Positions 35,880 through 47,446 of a stretch of 64,000 nucleotides of DNA are shown here, one piece after another. A program made the position numbers and the translations under genes. Under the pieces are notes generated by a model. It was not told the origin of the DNA. It searched no databases and was given only the letters and a program-made list of their open reading frames with translations. The stretch lies in contig OZ025800.1 in the NCBI GenBank assembly GCA_964019425.1, positions 620,001-684,000 on the forward strand, given 5' to 3'. The stretch comes from Flectonema sp. DT1601. Taxonomy: Eukaryota. Numbering within the stretch: the first letter of the stretch is position 1; each line of letters starts with the position of its first letter.

Positions 35880-36783
35880 CTATTGGTAAGTGTCTTCATA
35901 TGATCGTTGAAGTTGAAGAAGAAGAGAAGGGTTCTTAACTTTAACTAAAGCGTTAACATCTTGCAACCTTGCCTGCATCATTGACAGTCGAGCTTTTAGT
36001 GCATTGTAACGGTAGCTGATCTGTTGACGGATTACAAATTCAGGAGATTCCTTAAAAGGAAGCTGAAGCAACTCAACGTACTTGTATTCCATATTTTGGA
36101 TAAATTGTAATACAGCATTCCCTTCCCTTTGTAAGATCAGCAGAGCATATGAAGACGATTCCTTTATACACTTGTTAAGCATTCTCATTAGAGTGTGAGC
36201 GAAATCTTTTATATCACACATTAAGTCTTGTTCTTGACGAAGGTCTTCATACCCTTGTTGATTAATATTGCAGGTGTACTGAAAAAACAGATCGCACTCG
36301 GAACTGAGTTCAATACGGAGAGAAGTTGGACCTGACTCCTCACCCATGGCGAGAACCTTAACCTGATTGTTTGTTTGTTTTGTTGGAAAACTATAATTAG
36401 AATACAAGCAACCAGAAGTAAGACATACCTTCACTCCCTCTGTGGTTCCAACATCATTTGGCTTTTCTGCTGATTCTTGTGTACGGAGTTCAAACTGTTT
36501 TTTAATTAAATGAATGGGAACCACCACAGTAATACATAAATATGAATATACATACAGGTACTTCTCTGTTGTAAAGAGTTCTGTGACCATCAGAAAGGGA
36601 AGGGTCCATTTCATCAATCGCAGGGATCGGTTTAAAGTCCATGTTACCTCCTCCCATGACCGATGAACGATCTCCATCTTTTGATACAGTTGTGTGATCT
36701 CTCTCGCGGTAACTGTGCTGCGATGACTGGGGATTTGCGTATCCTCCACCGTGACCTGAGTAGTAGCTGTTGGCGTAAGACAT
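35880..36783 (-). CDS. SAS6L: SAS-6-like protein (SAS-6 head domain with a short coil); 3 exons (introns 36495-36555 and 36363-36428)
   Basis: Spliced product reads DPSL..YNREVP|FELR..DVG..K|VKVL..RIELSSECDLFF..Y..L..EQDL..F..KYVELLQLPF..VKNPSLLLQL. It lacks the long coiled coil of canonical SAS-6. Confidence 0.75.
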
Positions 36784-37301
36784 CTCCGTTTTCTGTGAAA
36801 AGTAATTCGGATGACACACAAAACAATTCTACCTCTTGAAGAACAAGCTAAACGTGTCAGTGCTGATAATAAATTGCATGTATGTTAATGTGATGAAATT
36901 AATGTTTAAAACTCGACCAACAAAAGACCACTCTTTAACGTCACATTCATTCAATGAGATTAACTAACTCAAAGCAGTGTTTGTGAGATAATTGAAACAA
37001 ATACGAAAATCAAAAAAAATTGACAGAAAGAAACTAATGTTAACCGTTAATACTTATTTTATCCGTTTATTTTATTTACGAACCCCAGGAAGCCAAAAGT
37101 CAGGAAAAGCTCACAGGGAACAGTGCATCGCTACCAGCCAACCGTGAGACTCTCACAGACGATAAGAGACGTAGAATAACCTGGAACAAACAACTACCTA
37201 AACCCACCGCCTGCGGCTGATAACGCCAATTTTCGTCACAGGGAGGAACGTCAAATTGGATCAGAAAATAAGAAACAATGATAAGAAAAGAGAAATGATA
37301 C

Positions 37302-37378
37302 AAATAAAATAAAATAAAATAAAATAAAATAAAATAAAATAAAATAAAATAAAATAAAATAAAACAAAATAAAATAAA
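37302..37378. repeat. (AAAAT)n microsatellite
   Basis: About 15 near-perfect pentamer units seen directly. Confidence 0.95.
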
Positions 37379-40151
37379 GGAAACAATCGTATTGATATCC
37401 ACCCGGGTGATATCACTGCAGGAGGCGCCTTAACCGGGAAAGAAATTCAGAAAGCTTGGATTCTGACCAGTCAGGATTGATCAGCGCATCTACTATAGAA
37501 AGCTCGTCTGTAACAATATTTAAGTCGGTAGCTTTATATGAAATATCACCAAGTTCTATAACATAGCTCTTCACATCAGCCCCAGTGGTGAGAAACCTGA
37601 TTCCTTTTCGATGTGCGCGATTAGTTTTCCTCGACGGAATAACAAACAAAACAACAGTTGGATGCCTCATGTGAACATCGACAACACACTGAAAACGAAT
37701 AGTGTCGGTTGACATATGAACTCTTTAGTCACAAAGGTTTTGAAGATTTTTTGTTTTGCATCCTACTGAAAGGTGCCAAAAAAGAAACTCCAAACGGGTA
37801 CCTCTTATAAGAACCCTCTTCCATGGAATCCACTACAAACACAACAGAAGCTCAACAAGACTGTTAGCTAGTCAAGTCGTACAATGAGACTAATTCTTGA
37901 CTTTACAGTCTGATAAGGAACAAGTCTGAGCAAGTGTAAAGGGCACCATTACTGATACCTCAGTTAACGAAAGAAAAAAAAAAAAAAAAAAAATAGACAA
38001 TGGAAAGCACAGAACGTTAGCTTTTGAAGAGACTAATCTAATCACCGTCAGCATCTGAACAGCGAGAAGAGCAGCCTCGATAAATAGAATACTTTGCAAG
38101 TAGATAAGAGAATCAGTAAGTATCAAATTTATTAATGTCTGCAGATAGGGTATAATCTAAGTCTGGTTCATCCACAATTCATAGCTGGAGAACAGACAGA
38201 AAGGCAAGAAACAAGAAGAAAAATAAAAAAAAATAAAAATAATAATAAGTTAGATAAGATAAAAGATTCCGAGTATAGCTCCAACAGAAAATCCACGATT
38301 TCACTCACAATGACAACATTCTATTTAAACACGTGTGAATCTATCTGAGAGGTTACACTGAGAGTTTCTAGCTTTCAAACATCGGCAGTAACATAGAACA
38401 CAAACTCGTAACCAAGTAAGGAGTATTCTTCCCTGTTAATACTTGCGATCCTAAAAGCCTTTTAAACTAATCTGAATAATCATAGCGACCGTGTTATAAT
38501 TACTTAAAGTCTCTGTCGTGGGGGCGCTACAGAGAAGACGCAAGAGTTCCTTTGAATTGATGAAATAGAAATCAGGTTTATGATGATTTTAAAAAAATAA
38601 AAAGAAAAATAAATTAGCAAATGAGTGGCAACAGAAGACACCGATCAGGGCTAAACATTAATAAAAAATAAAAAAATAAACTCAAGTAGCTCATTTTAGT
38701 TCTGTTCTTGCTTTTGATATTTTCTCACGAAGTACCGAGAGATGGCCAGTTCGAAAGATGAAAGCATGAGAAACAAAACAATAGGCACAATGAAAAGAAA
38801 AAAAAAGTGGTTAAAAAGTAACAATAATTTCGAGAGGAAAAAAAAAAAAATAGTTGAGATCGGACAAACAGAGTCCAGATTTCAAAAGACTGTTTTAAAT
38901 TGTTCAAAACTTCTTTCTCCAAAAAAACTACTAATGTTAAAAAATTGCAACTCACAATGATGATACCAACTTAGATTAGTGAAGGTGGAATTACAATCAA
39001 CTTCTTATACAAAAAGAGAAGACCACTACACGATGTTTTGATACCTTTCAAGGGGGACAGCCGTAACATTAAATAAAAAAACGGGCAGTCAGACTACGAA
39101 GCTTCACAAAACAAAAAAAAAAATAAGAAAAACTTTATTTTCGAAGCTAATCCTCAAGGATAACTTTTTATCTTTTTGACAGAACGTAAGAAACATTCTA
39201 CCACTTTGATACTTGCGAATAGTGGGTCCGCTTCAGACATGTTACGCATTTTTTTTTTTCTTTTTCAAAATCAATAAACATATAACATAGATGGAAATGC
39301 CCTCCAAATTGTAGGGCACTTCTATGATATAAAGCATAAATAAAGGAGGTAACAAACGAAACAAACCACATTGGAATTAGATGTGTGTTCTCGCTACACC
39401 ACAATTCAGGCAGCAGTACTTACAAAGTGAAAAACTGACAGCAATAGCAACAGTCATTCACGTTGTAAGCTTCGCAAGTGAGAACCAATAAGGTACTCAC
39501 AAGGAAAAAGGCTAAACCAGCAAAAAAAAAAAAAAAAAAAAAAACCAACGGCAATAATAATTTTTATTGATTATCACTTGGTTCTCAAATTCTGAAATGT
39601 TATGTTAAAATTGCGATAAACACAACAAAAAAAAAATAAAAAAAATAATTATCATTCTGAGAAGTTTCTTAGAAGAATGGGAATTCACACTAATTACAAA
39701 CAAAGAGGATAGCTTGACAAACAAAAAATCCTCTTTTTTTTTTTTTTTGAAATAAATGAGTTCTCTTTCAACGAAACAAAAAAAAAAAAAAAAAAAAAAA
39801 CATGAAAACATGAAAACAGAGGTAAAATATGAGTTCATTATAAAATAGTGCACTAAATCAAGAAAAAAAAAAAAGTTATAAAAACGTTCTGACACTGGAA
39901 TACGTAGTTTCAGGAGCCTTAATCTACTTGTCCCTCTTAATTCCAGTTTTTCGATAAATGCTATTATTCAATCGTCTATTTCAAAAGAACTGATTTCTTA
40001 ATGTCCATCGGAGCTCGTCAGGACGGACTAGCATATTTGCTTTTGATCAGCTGAATTCAATAAAACAGAGCTAACTATCAAAATAAAATAAGATCGTGAC
40101 TTATAATGAACTATTCTCGGTTTTCAAAAAAAAACTCTATTCAACATCACT

Positions 40152-41978
40152 TCACTTCATGTATAAAGTAACATTAAGAAGATACTTCCCTTTATTGCAG
40201 CATTTTGTTTGGTTAAAGAGTAAAATTGTTGCTCCAAAACACTCCGATGTTGGTAGCATGTCGAGACACTCTCTGGCTTGTCGGGGAAGTGACGAGTAGT
40301 AAAGAAGTGAAACACAACAGAGAAGTGAACCAACAACTGAGAGAGCAAGAAGGCTTTTATGTCCTAATAAAACTGAGAAAGGAGAGTGCAAGTCAAACCC
40401 ATAGCGGTGTTGAATCTTTGCTGAAACGATATCAACGATGGCCTCAACTAAAAGTTGTAAAAAACATGAAAACCAAAGAAACCAACCCGGATTTCCAGTT
40501 GAAGAGTAGCCAAAGTCAAAAAAATATCTGGCATCCCATCCAATCCCAGCAGTTAGAGAAACCAACACGATGGCAATTATCTCCGTCACTGTAACGAATA
40601 CTTCTTCGGCAGCTAAGTGGGATAAAATGTTATCTCTGTCTTCAATGAGACGCTGAGTATTCCATCTGAATAAGGGAAAATACTTAAAAAACCACCAATT
40701 TAACTTTACACAAACAGGTATCACAGCTGATCGAAAAACCAACTCTCCCAATGCAGTCAACAGTATTAAAAGAACTTCTGTTCTGTGAGAACCAGCAGCC
40801 TCTAACATTACTCTTCCGAGTACAGCTCGGAGAGCAATAAAAAACAATTTTGGGGATGCAGCGTGAACTGGTGTCTTAGCGTGCTTGTTTATTCTGACGA
40901 ATAAAGATAAGAGCCCATCAAATATCAGTGAGATCAACGGAAATACTACGAGTCTGATAATATATTGTTCTTCATCATCACCCTCGAGGTACCACTCAAG
41001 AATCTTATAAAAACATAAAGTATACCAAGCCATTGTTAGAACATAACAACAAGCTGGTATCCACATTAGTGGTCCATTCCTTAAAATGTAAGGAAGAGCA
41101 AAGATCCATTGAGCGAGGGTAGCACAACCAATCCAGACAACAAGCATTTCATTCATGGATACGAATTGTAGCACACAAACAATACCAACAACAGGTAACC
41201 ATAATATACACGAAGCTAACGGTGATTTCCAATAATGAAGTCGAGAGACGCATACCAAAACTGTACTGTTGTAGCTGACAAATATCGCTGCATACATCTG
41301 AGATAGAACTCTGAAGTGCCATTCTCTTATTAAAAACTCACCAGCTGAGGATGCCATTGGCGGTATTGTTATTTGAGACAAATTTCCATCTTCAAAAGAA
41401 GAGTCGGATGGGAAGCTGTCATCGTTGATATCTTCGTACCACGTGATAATACGAAGTACGAATCCAACTAACCCTCCAAGTATTACTCCAATTAGAAGTG
41501 AGATGGCGATACACTTCAACTGCATTCGAACTAATTCAGAGCTGCGGTTTTCATTCGCGACGTACTCAGCGAGGGAATCGAGTGATGAGATTTCAGACTC
41601 CTCCTCCTCCTCCTCATCTGATTCCACGTGACTGATTGTGTCAGACACCCGAGTTAGCTGTTCGTAGTCTGCCAACACATCAGAAGGATGAGAAGTTGAA
41701 AGCTCCGGTAGCATCGTATCCTCGTCACTTTCATTTAATGGATTCGCTCTCAGAAGAGTTACCTTCCTCGGCCTTCCACCAAAGCCTTTGATGTGACAAA
41801 AGGTCTTCGGCCTTATTCTCTTGCTGGGCAATCTCATAGACACTGCTCTCGGAGTGTTCTCTCCAGTTGGGATTGGAACCGAAAAGCCTGTCTGGGATTG
41901 TGAATGGCTGCCTTTTGGGGCTGCCCATAGCGGAGTATGCAGCGCAGAGAATTCGGAGTCATATGTGTCGCCACTCAT
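40152..41978 (-). CDS. Polytopic membrane protein of unknown function
   Basis: 608-aa ORF with a disordered acidic N-terminus followed by many hydrophobic helices. Confidence 0.7.
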   Translation of the reverse strand: MSGDTYDSEFSALHTPLWAAPKGSHSQSQTGFSVPIPTGENTPRAVSMRLPSKRIRPKTFCHIKGFGGRPRKVTLLRANPLNESDEDTMLPELSTSHPSDVLADYEQLTRVSDTISHVESDEEEEEESEISSLDSLAEYVANENRSSELVRMQLKCIAISLLIGVILGGLVGFVLRIITWYEDINDDSFPSDSSFEDGNLSQITIPPMASSAGEFLIREWHFRVLSQMYAAIFVSYNSTVLVCVSRLHYWKSPLASCILWLPVVGIVCVLQFVSMNEMLVVWIGCATLAQWIFALPYILRNGPLMWIPACCYVLTMAWYTLCFYKILEWYLEGDDEEQYIIRLVVFPLISLIFDGLLSLFVRINKHAKTPVHAASPKLFFIALRAVLGRVMLEAAGSHRTEVLLILLTALGELVFRSAVIPVCVKLNWWFFKYFPLFRWNTQRLIEDRDNILSHLAAEEVFVTVTEIIAIVLVSLTAGIGWDARYFFDFGYSSTGNPGWFLWFSCFLQLLVEAIVDIVSAKIQHRYGFDLHSPFSVLLGHKSLLALSVVGSLLCCVSLLYYSSLPRQARECLDMLPTSECFGATILLFNQTKCCNKGKYLLNVTLYMK

Positions 41979-42574
41979 CTACAATGATGACTCCTGGACG
42001 GTAAAAGAAATTATGACTTACTGAACGAGAAAGTACATTACAAGTTCGCAGTTGTTTTTTCACGCACTTACCATTAAAGTTAATTCCAATTGTAGCAAAA
42101 TACTCTCATCCTTCTAACCACAACACAGCACAATGCGGAGTTCCGCCAATAAGTAAAACGTTAGTAGGGACCCTGTTCTCCTGATTCGCCGGATGACAGG
42201 GAAAAGGAACAGAAGGCTGGCCTTAGAAGCAAAAAATGTGTCGCTTAAAATTCCATTGTGTTCCACTAAAGAAAAAAACTCCGCAATAATAATGAACAAA
42301 TATCACACGTTAATGCTACCCGCAACATCGGCAGGCATTCTGTATCGACAATATTCATTAAACTCTGACTATCGTACGCATGAATAAATAAAAAAAAAAG
42401 AAAACAATAAAAAAAAATAAATGAATAAAACGTGTGGGAAAGACAACCAAAAGAACTTTGAAGTAATAAATTGCTTCACATATTTCAGTGGTTCTCAGTA
42501 AAGTAGAGATGACACAACTTGTGGTAGTTATCGAAACTTAAATCCGTCTTTATGTTCTTCTCGGATGTAATTTC

Positions 42575-44140
42575 CTATTCCTCTGTGAGTGTCTCGCACC
42601 ATGGCTCCCATACAAGCTTGCCATTAATCTTGATAGGAGCTCCGTGACCGCATGGCTTTGGAGTTTGTGGTGCATATCCTTCGCATGAGGAATTTGGGCA
42701 TCCTGGTGTACCTGTGTTCCAGATATCAATAATTCTGGACGTAATGTTATTAATAATTCCCATGTTATGTACGTTGTGATCAAGTGGAGTGTGCTCATCA
42801 GGATCTTCACAAACATTAAATAATAATTTTGTGTTATTTGGGTTCTTTGGAAGTGGTTCATTCTGAAGATTGAAAGAAACGTCAACGAGGATCTCCTGAA
42901 GTTCGTTAATTTCTGCAGGTGGATGCCAACCACCTGGTTTACCACCATCACCAAGGATTACTTTGTAGCAGCCAACACGCATAGCTGGTCCATGAATACC
43001 AACTTGAGCATCAGTGATGCCGTAATAAATATTATCTCTTGGTGCTTCACCACTTGCTGTGAGTGCCTGATAATGCGAAACACCATCCCACTTCAAACAG
43101 GTGTCACATTTAACATCAATTGCCTCAGCGATTGTAGGCATCCAGTCAGCAGCGTGCATTAAGTTAGTGTAGTTTCCTCCTCTGTTGGTGAGCTTGCCAG
43201 CAGTTGGTCCAAACCACATAAATGATGAACCTCTGGTACCTCCTTCCCAAATAGAACACTTTGATCCTCTCAAAGGCCAGTTAGAAGAACCTTGCTTAGC
43301 ACATGTTTCAGTTGGACCACCATTGTCAGCAGTAAAGATCATTATAGTGTTATCCATCATTCCTTTTCTTTTAAATGCGTTTGTTACATTTCCCAAACCC
43401 TCATCCATACAGGAGAGCATACCAGCATAGATTGAACGAATACCACCAATATGTTTGTAAGGTTCGATGTAGTATTCTGGTGCTTCAGCAGGAGAGTGAA
43501 CTGCCTGGTACGCGAGGTACAAAAACAGAGGAGAACTGGTGTCGTGAGCATCAACTACTTTAACAGCTTCCTCAGAGAATAAGATTGTTGAGTAGTTACC
43601 CTCAGCCTCTAATTCAATGTGAGAACAGTTCTTACCACACTTGATACCAACATCTCTACGCATATCATATCCTCCGTCACCAGCAACGTGAGTGAAGTAG
43701 TCCTCACCACCATTGTAGAATCCGTAGAAGGATTCAAATCCTCTGAAGGTTGGAGTCATGTCGTAGCTGTACATACCTCCGTGCCACTTTCCAATTGCAG
43801 CAGTTTTGTAACCATTTCCTCTCAACATATTAGCGAGAGTTGTTTCCTTTGAAGACAAACCGTATGGAGCACCAGTTGGGATGAAGTTATTAACACCAGT
43901 TCGAAGTGGATACCTTCCTGAGAGAATTGTTGTTCTTGTTGGACTACAGGAAGGCTGAACGTAGTAGTTCTCTAGGATAACTCCTTCCTTTGCGAATCCA
44001 TCTGCATTCGGAGTCATAATTTCTGGAGTGAGTGCTCTGTATCCCATGTCATCAAAGCCCAAGTCATCAATAACCACCAACAAGATGTTTGGTTTGGTAG
44101 CAACCGAAGCTGTCAACAAACCAGTTGCTAGCGAAAGCAT
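42575..44140 (-). CDS. Arylsulfatase (ARSB-like, formylglycine-dependent) with signal peptide
   Basis: Motifs PNILLVVIDDLG, CSPTR (CxPxR), GKWH, RGF, ADNGG, NWPLRGSK, WEGG. Confidence 0.92.
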   Translation of the reverse strand: MLSLATGLLTASVATKPNILLVVIDDLGFDDMGYRALTPEIMTPNADGFAKEGVILENYYVQPSCSPTRTTILSGRYPLRTGVNNFIPTGAPYGLSSKETTLANMLRGNGYKTAAIGKWHGGMYSYDMTPTFRGFESFYGFYNGGEDYFTHVAGDGGYDMRRDVGIKCGKNCSHIELEAEGNYSTILFSEEAVKVVDAHDTSSPLFLYLAYQAVHSPAEAPEYYIEPYKHIGGIRSIYAGMLSCMDEGLGNVTNAFKRKGMMDNTIMIFTADNGGPTETCAKQGSSNWPLRGSKCSIWEGGTRGSSFMWFGPTAGKLTNRGGNYTNLMHAADWMPTIAEAIDVKCDTCLKWDGVSHYQALTASGEAPRDNIYYGITDAQVGIHGPAMRVGCYKVILGDGGKPGGWHPPAEINELQEILVDVSFNLQNEPLPKNPNNTKLLFNVCEDPDEHTPLDHNVHNMGIINNITSRIIDIWNTGTPGCPNSSCEGYAPQTPKPCGHGAPIKINGKLVWEPWCETLTEE

Positions 44141-44449
44141 TGTTTTGGATTATAACTGTTAGGAGGAAAGTAAATTATGTTTTTAACAACAGACAGCAGC
44201 ATTTATAAAGTTACCTTCCTGGGGCCGTCATCAGTCGTGTAGAATAATAACTGCAAAGAATACATAAAATAATTAACCACATCGACTGATTGCTACGTTG
44301 TAACAAAATGATGCATCTCACGAGATAGACGTGAGGAAGTTGTGATACCAGAACGAAAAAGGAACAAAGGACTGTGCGACATGTCAGCTACGAGAGCGCC
44401 ATGAATGAAACTTTCGTGTAAATTACCAAACCAAAGTTTTCTAAGAAGT

Positions 44450-45808
44450 TCACGCTGTCCGCATCTGAAACAGTCCAACAACAGTAAAAGCTGAACACAC
44501 AGCCCAAAATAATAAACTATTATCACACATAGAGTTTTTGTGGCTTTCTTCGGCTGCTTTAAAGCGACAAAAGTTTCGATGCTGTCTGAGGGCGCGCTGT
44601 TCGATAAATTTCTTTTCACAGGTCCCAACTCCGCAAGGGAGTTGCATTCCAACAATCGGCTTTAGCGATTCCAAATGAGCTGGGATACCCCACTCTGGGT
44701 CACTAGAAACAGACATTCCGCACACAGGACACGGAAAGAATTCATATTTTTCCGAAGGAGCTAAAGACTCCATCCCAGGGTGAGGAATTGCCGTGTCTAT
44801 TGTGTGCATCGCAATCTTGTGCTGCCAAAGAGCTTCTTCATCGCGATAAGTATTTTCTCTCTCGCCTTCATTTGGGACACACTTATCGCATTTAAGCTGC
44901 ATTCCATCAACAGTCCACTGCTTACCATATTTCTTTAGTTGATGTACCTGCCTGCCGTGAGTGAAGAGTCCTTGCGGTTTTGAGAACGCCTTTCCACACT
45001 CGTTGCAAACGAAAGGCTTCTCGCGGTGTTTTTTATTTGGGATGGTAGCCATTGCTTTGTCTTCTTCAGGTGTCAAAACATTTGGTGCAGCAGAAGCAGA
45101 CAGTTTGCTTCCATTCTTCGGGTCCTCAAAGCGAAGGGTTACGGAGTGCAGCGCATCTCCGGTATGGTGTTGTGTGTGCGAATTTTGAAAACTTCCTCCA
45201 GTTCTATTCCGCCTTGTTTCATATCCAGGATACATTGATGGAAGGAATGTCTGGCTAACATCAAGCACTAAGCCAAGTTTCTCAGCAGATTCTGTAACAC
45301 TCCATCTACCTGCCTGTCCACGGAGAACTGAAAGGATGATTTTCCCTGTTTTGTATTATAATAACTTATTCATTTTGTTATAAGTCTACTTCAATAGCGT
45401 AGCGTTGTTTAACATACCTCCTGGATTCAAGTGACCCCTCGCTGAATCCATAAAGTGAGTTAAAAGGAATCGATGAAGATTAAAATCCTCCGTACCCAAG
45501 TGAGGATGATTCCACAGAACGATATCAAATTTCTGTTTTGGGAAGGAGTTCTCGAGCTCCCAGGCATTTACATCGTGCTTTACACGAAATCCGTCACACT
45601 TTTCGATTGCAGGAAGGATCTTTTCACACTCTGGGTACTTTCCGAGTAGTTCTTCGCGTCCATCAAATGATGTGCACGTCCAGTCAAATGGTCCCTTCAT
45701 TCCGAGTAGATGTTCAAGTACCAACTTATCACCTTCCTCTTGTAACCTTCCTGCTGCTAGTGAGAAGGAAAAGTTCCCATCACCACATACTAATATCGTG
45801 GGTTTCAT
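44450..45808 (-). CDS. DUF2431/BMT5-like rRNA methyltransferase domain fused to C2H2 zinc fingers; 2 exons (intron 45346-45417)
   Basis: Motifs ILVCGDGNFSFS, FDIVLWNHPH, YPGYETRR. Fingers CNECGKAF..H...H, CDKC..H...H, CPVC..H and CGVGTC..F..H...C. Confidence 0.8.
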
Positions 45809-46525
45809 GATTCCCAAATGCTGTGCAATGAAAGAATAATTACAAAAAGCGACCAGTCAGTTAAATTAGACCGCACCCTTCGTCTCATGTTCGAACCTGT
45901 AGAAGACAATAGTAATATGACGATCTTCGTACCTTTCATTTTTATAAACACACTTGTTTCAGAAGACACGACATACGTCAACCTAACTGATATATTTTTT
46001 TTTTTTTGATGCTTTTTTTTCTGTCTTTCGTTCTTTCTTTCTTTCCTTTTTTTTTCTTCTTCTTCTTTTACCTTTTCAGCTGGTCTTTGTAACCTCACAA
46101 ATGTCTACCAAAGGACCCAAATTCAACTATTTTTTTTTGTTTTCGTTCTGTGTTGTGTCTTCCGTTGCTGCACGGACACGTTTCTAACTTTATTTTCTCA
46201 CCTTTTTTTAAATCAAAACTACAACTTATGGAACACCATACAAGTGACTTTCTAAGTGAAGTTATTTTTCATTTTTTTTTTAAGGTACTAAAAGAATCGT
46301 TCTTTAGATAGCTTTTAATGTTTTAAACCAATTTTTAAAAAAAAAAAAAATTGATTTTTTTAATACTTGTTGGCAACAGGTGGACGTTACGTCAATTCTC
46401 CTCTGCGGTAAGTAACTGAAGTGGGCAATGAATTACTTAGCATTCATTATTTGATAGAAACTAAATACGAATTGGTAAGAAATAATAACACGAAGATCTT
46501 ACAATTAGTTTTCAACATTCGGAAT

Positions 46526-46729
46526 CTATTCATCCTTCTCAACTAACTTAGTGAGTGCAAGAGTAGTGTGGAAGAGTGTGTTTCTTTCGTAGTCAGTTCT
46601 CACAGCCGAGAGGATCAGAGTTGTGAGAATAGAAATGTACATGAACGGAACTCCTCCGTTAGCCAACCAAAGACGGCAGAGATCATAACCTCTGGCAAAG
46701 ATACCAGAAACAGCACTGATAACAGCCAT
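46526..46729 (-). CDS. Small 67-aa single-TM protein
   Basis: ATG ORF on the cluster strand with balanced composition in a poly-A/T context, upstream AACAG/ATCAG acceptors, and one hydrophobic segment. Confidence 0.5.
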   Translation of the reverse strand: MAVISAVSGIFARGYDLCRLWLANGGVPFMYISILTTLILSAVRTDYERNTLFHTTLALTKLVEKDE

Positions 46730-47446
46730 ATTAAGTTTTGTGTTTGATAATACTGATTGAAGAATTGCTGTTTAATTAACCAACAAGAAGACACAAATAC
46801 TTTTCCCTTCACACAATCCACATCATCTCTGAACAAAATATATCGTCAGCTGGATTGGAATTAGTTATTTAATTTTGTTTTGAATTTTCATTTTTTTTTT
46901 TTTTTTTTTTTTTTTTGAATTTCTCACGAAACGGAAGAATCACGACTGTATTCAGATTTGAAATAATTCTACCGTGCAATGTATTTCTCTTTTACTACTC
47001 TTTTTCGTCATACGACGTTAAAGAAAAAGTAGCAGATCTCTGATAACCTCCTACGAGTGTCATTTAGATAACAACTGCATCCTGCACTCCGTTAGACTCT
47101 TAAGGAAAACGGAGCAGTAACGGAAACAGACGTTGTAAAATTTGTATTGAAAAGGAAAAAAACAGAAACTGACGATCGGCAGGTGGTGAATAACGGAAAG
47201 GATGTATCGAAGTGCTGGGGAAGTCTATTTTTTTTTTTTTTTTTTTTTTTCAAATCCAAGCGATCAACTTAGCTCCTTCGTTCTTCGCTCGAAAAACTGA
47301 CAGCCGTGGTTATTAGTGCGAATCAATAAAAATGCAGAAAAATATAAAAATTAATAAATCGTTTGTCGTTTTTTAAAATTGAAGTTTCGTCACACACTTC
47401 AAAAATAAAGTTCTCAAAGCAAGGAGACGCTAAAGTGTCTCTTCAT

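Noticed and set aside
37100..37715. Two 100-aa minus-strand ORFs
   Set aside because: One runs through the (AAAAT)n microsatellite, and neither has recognisable homology or a convincing splice structure.
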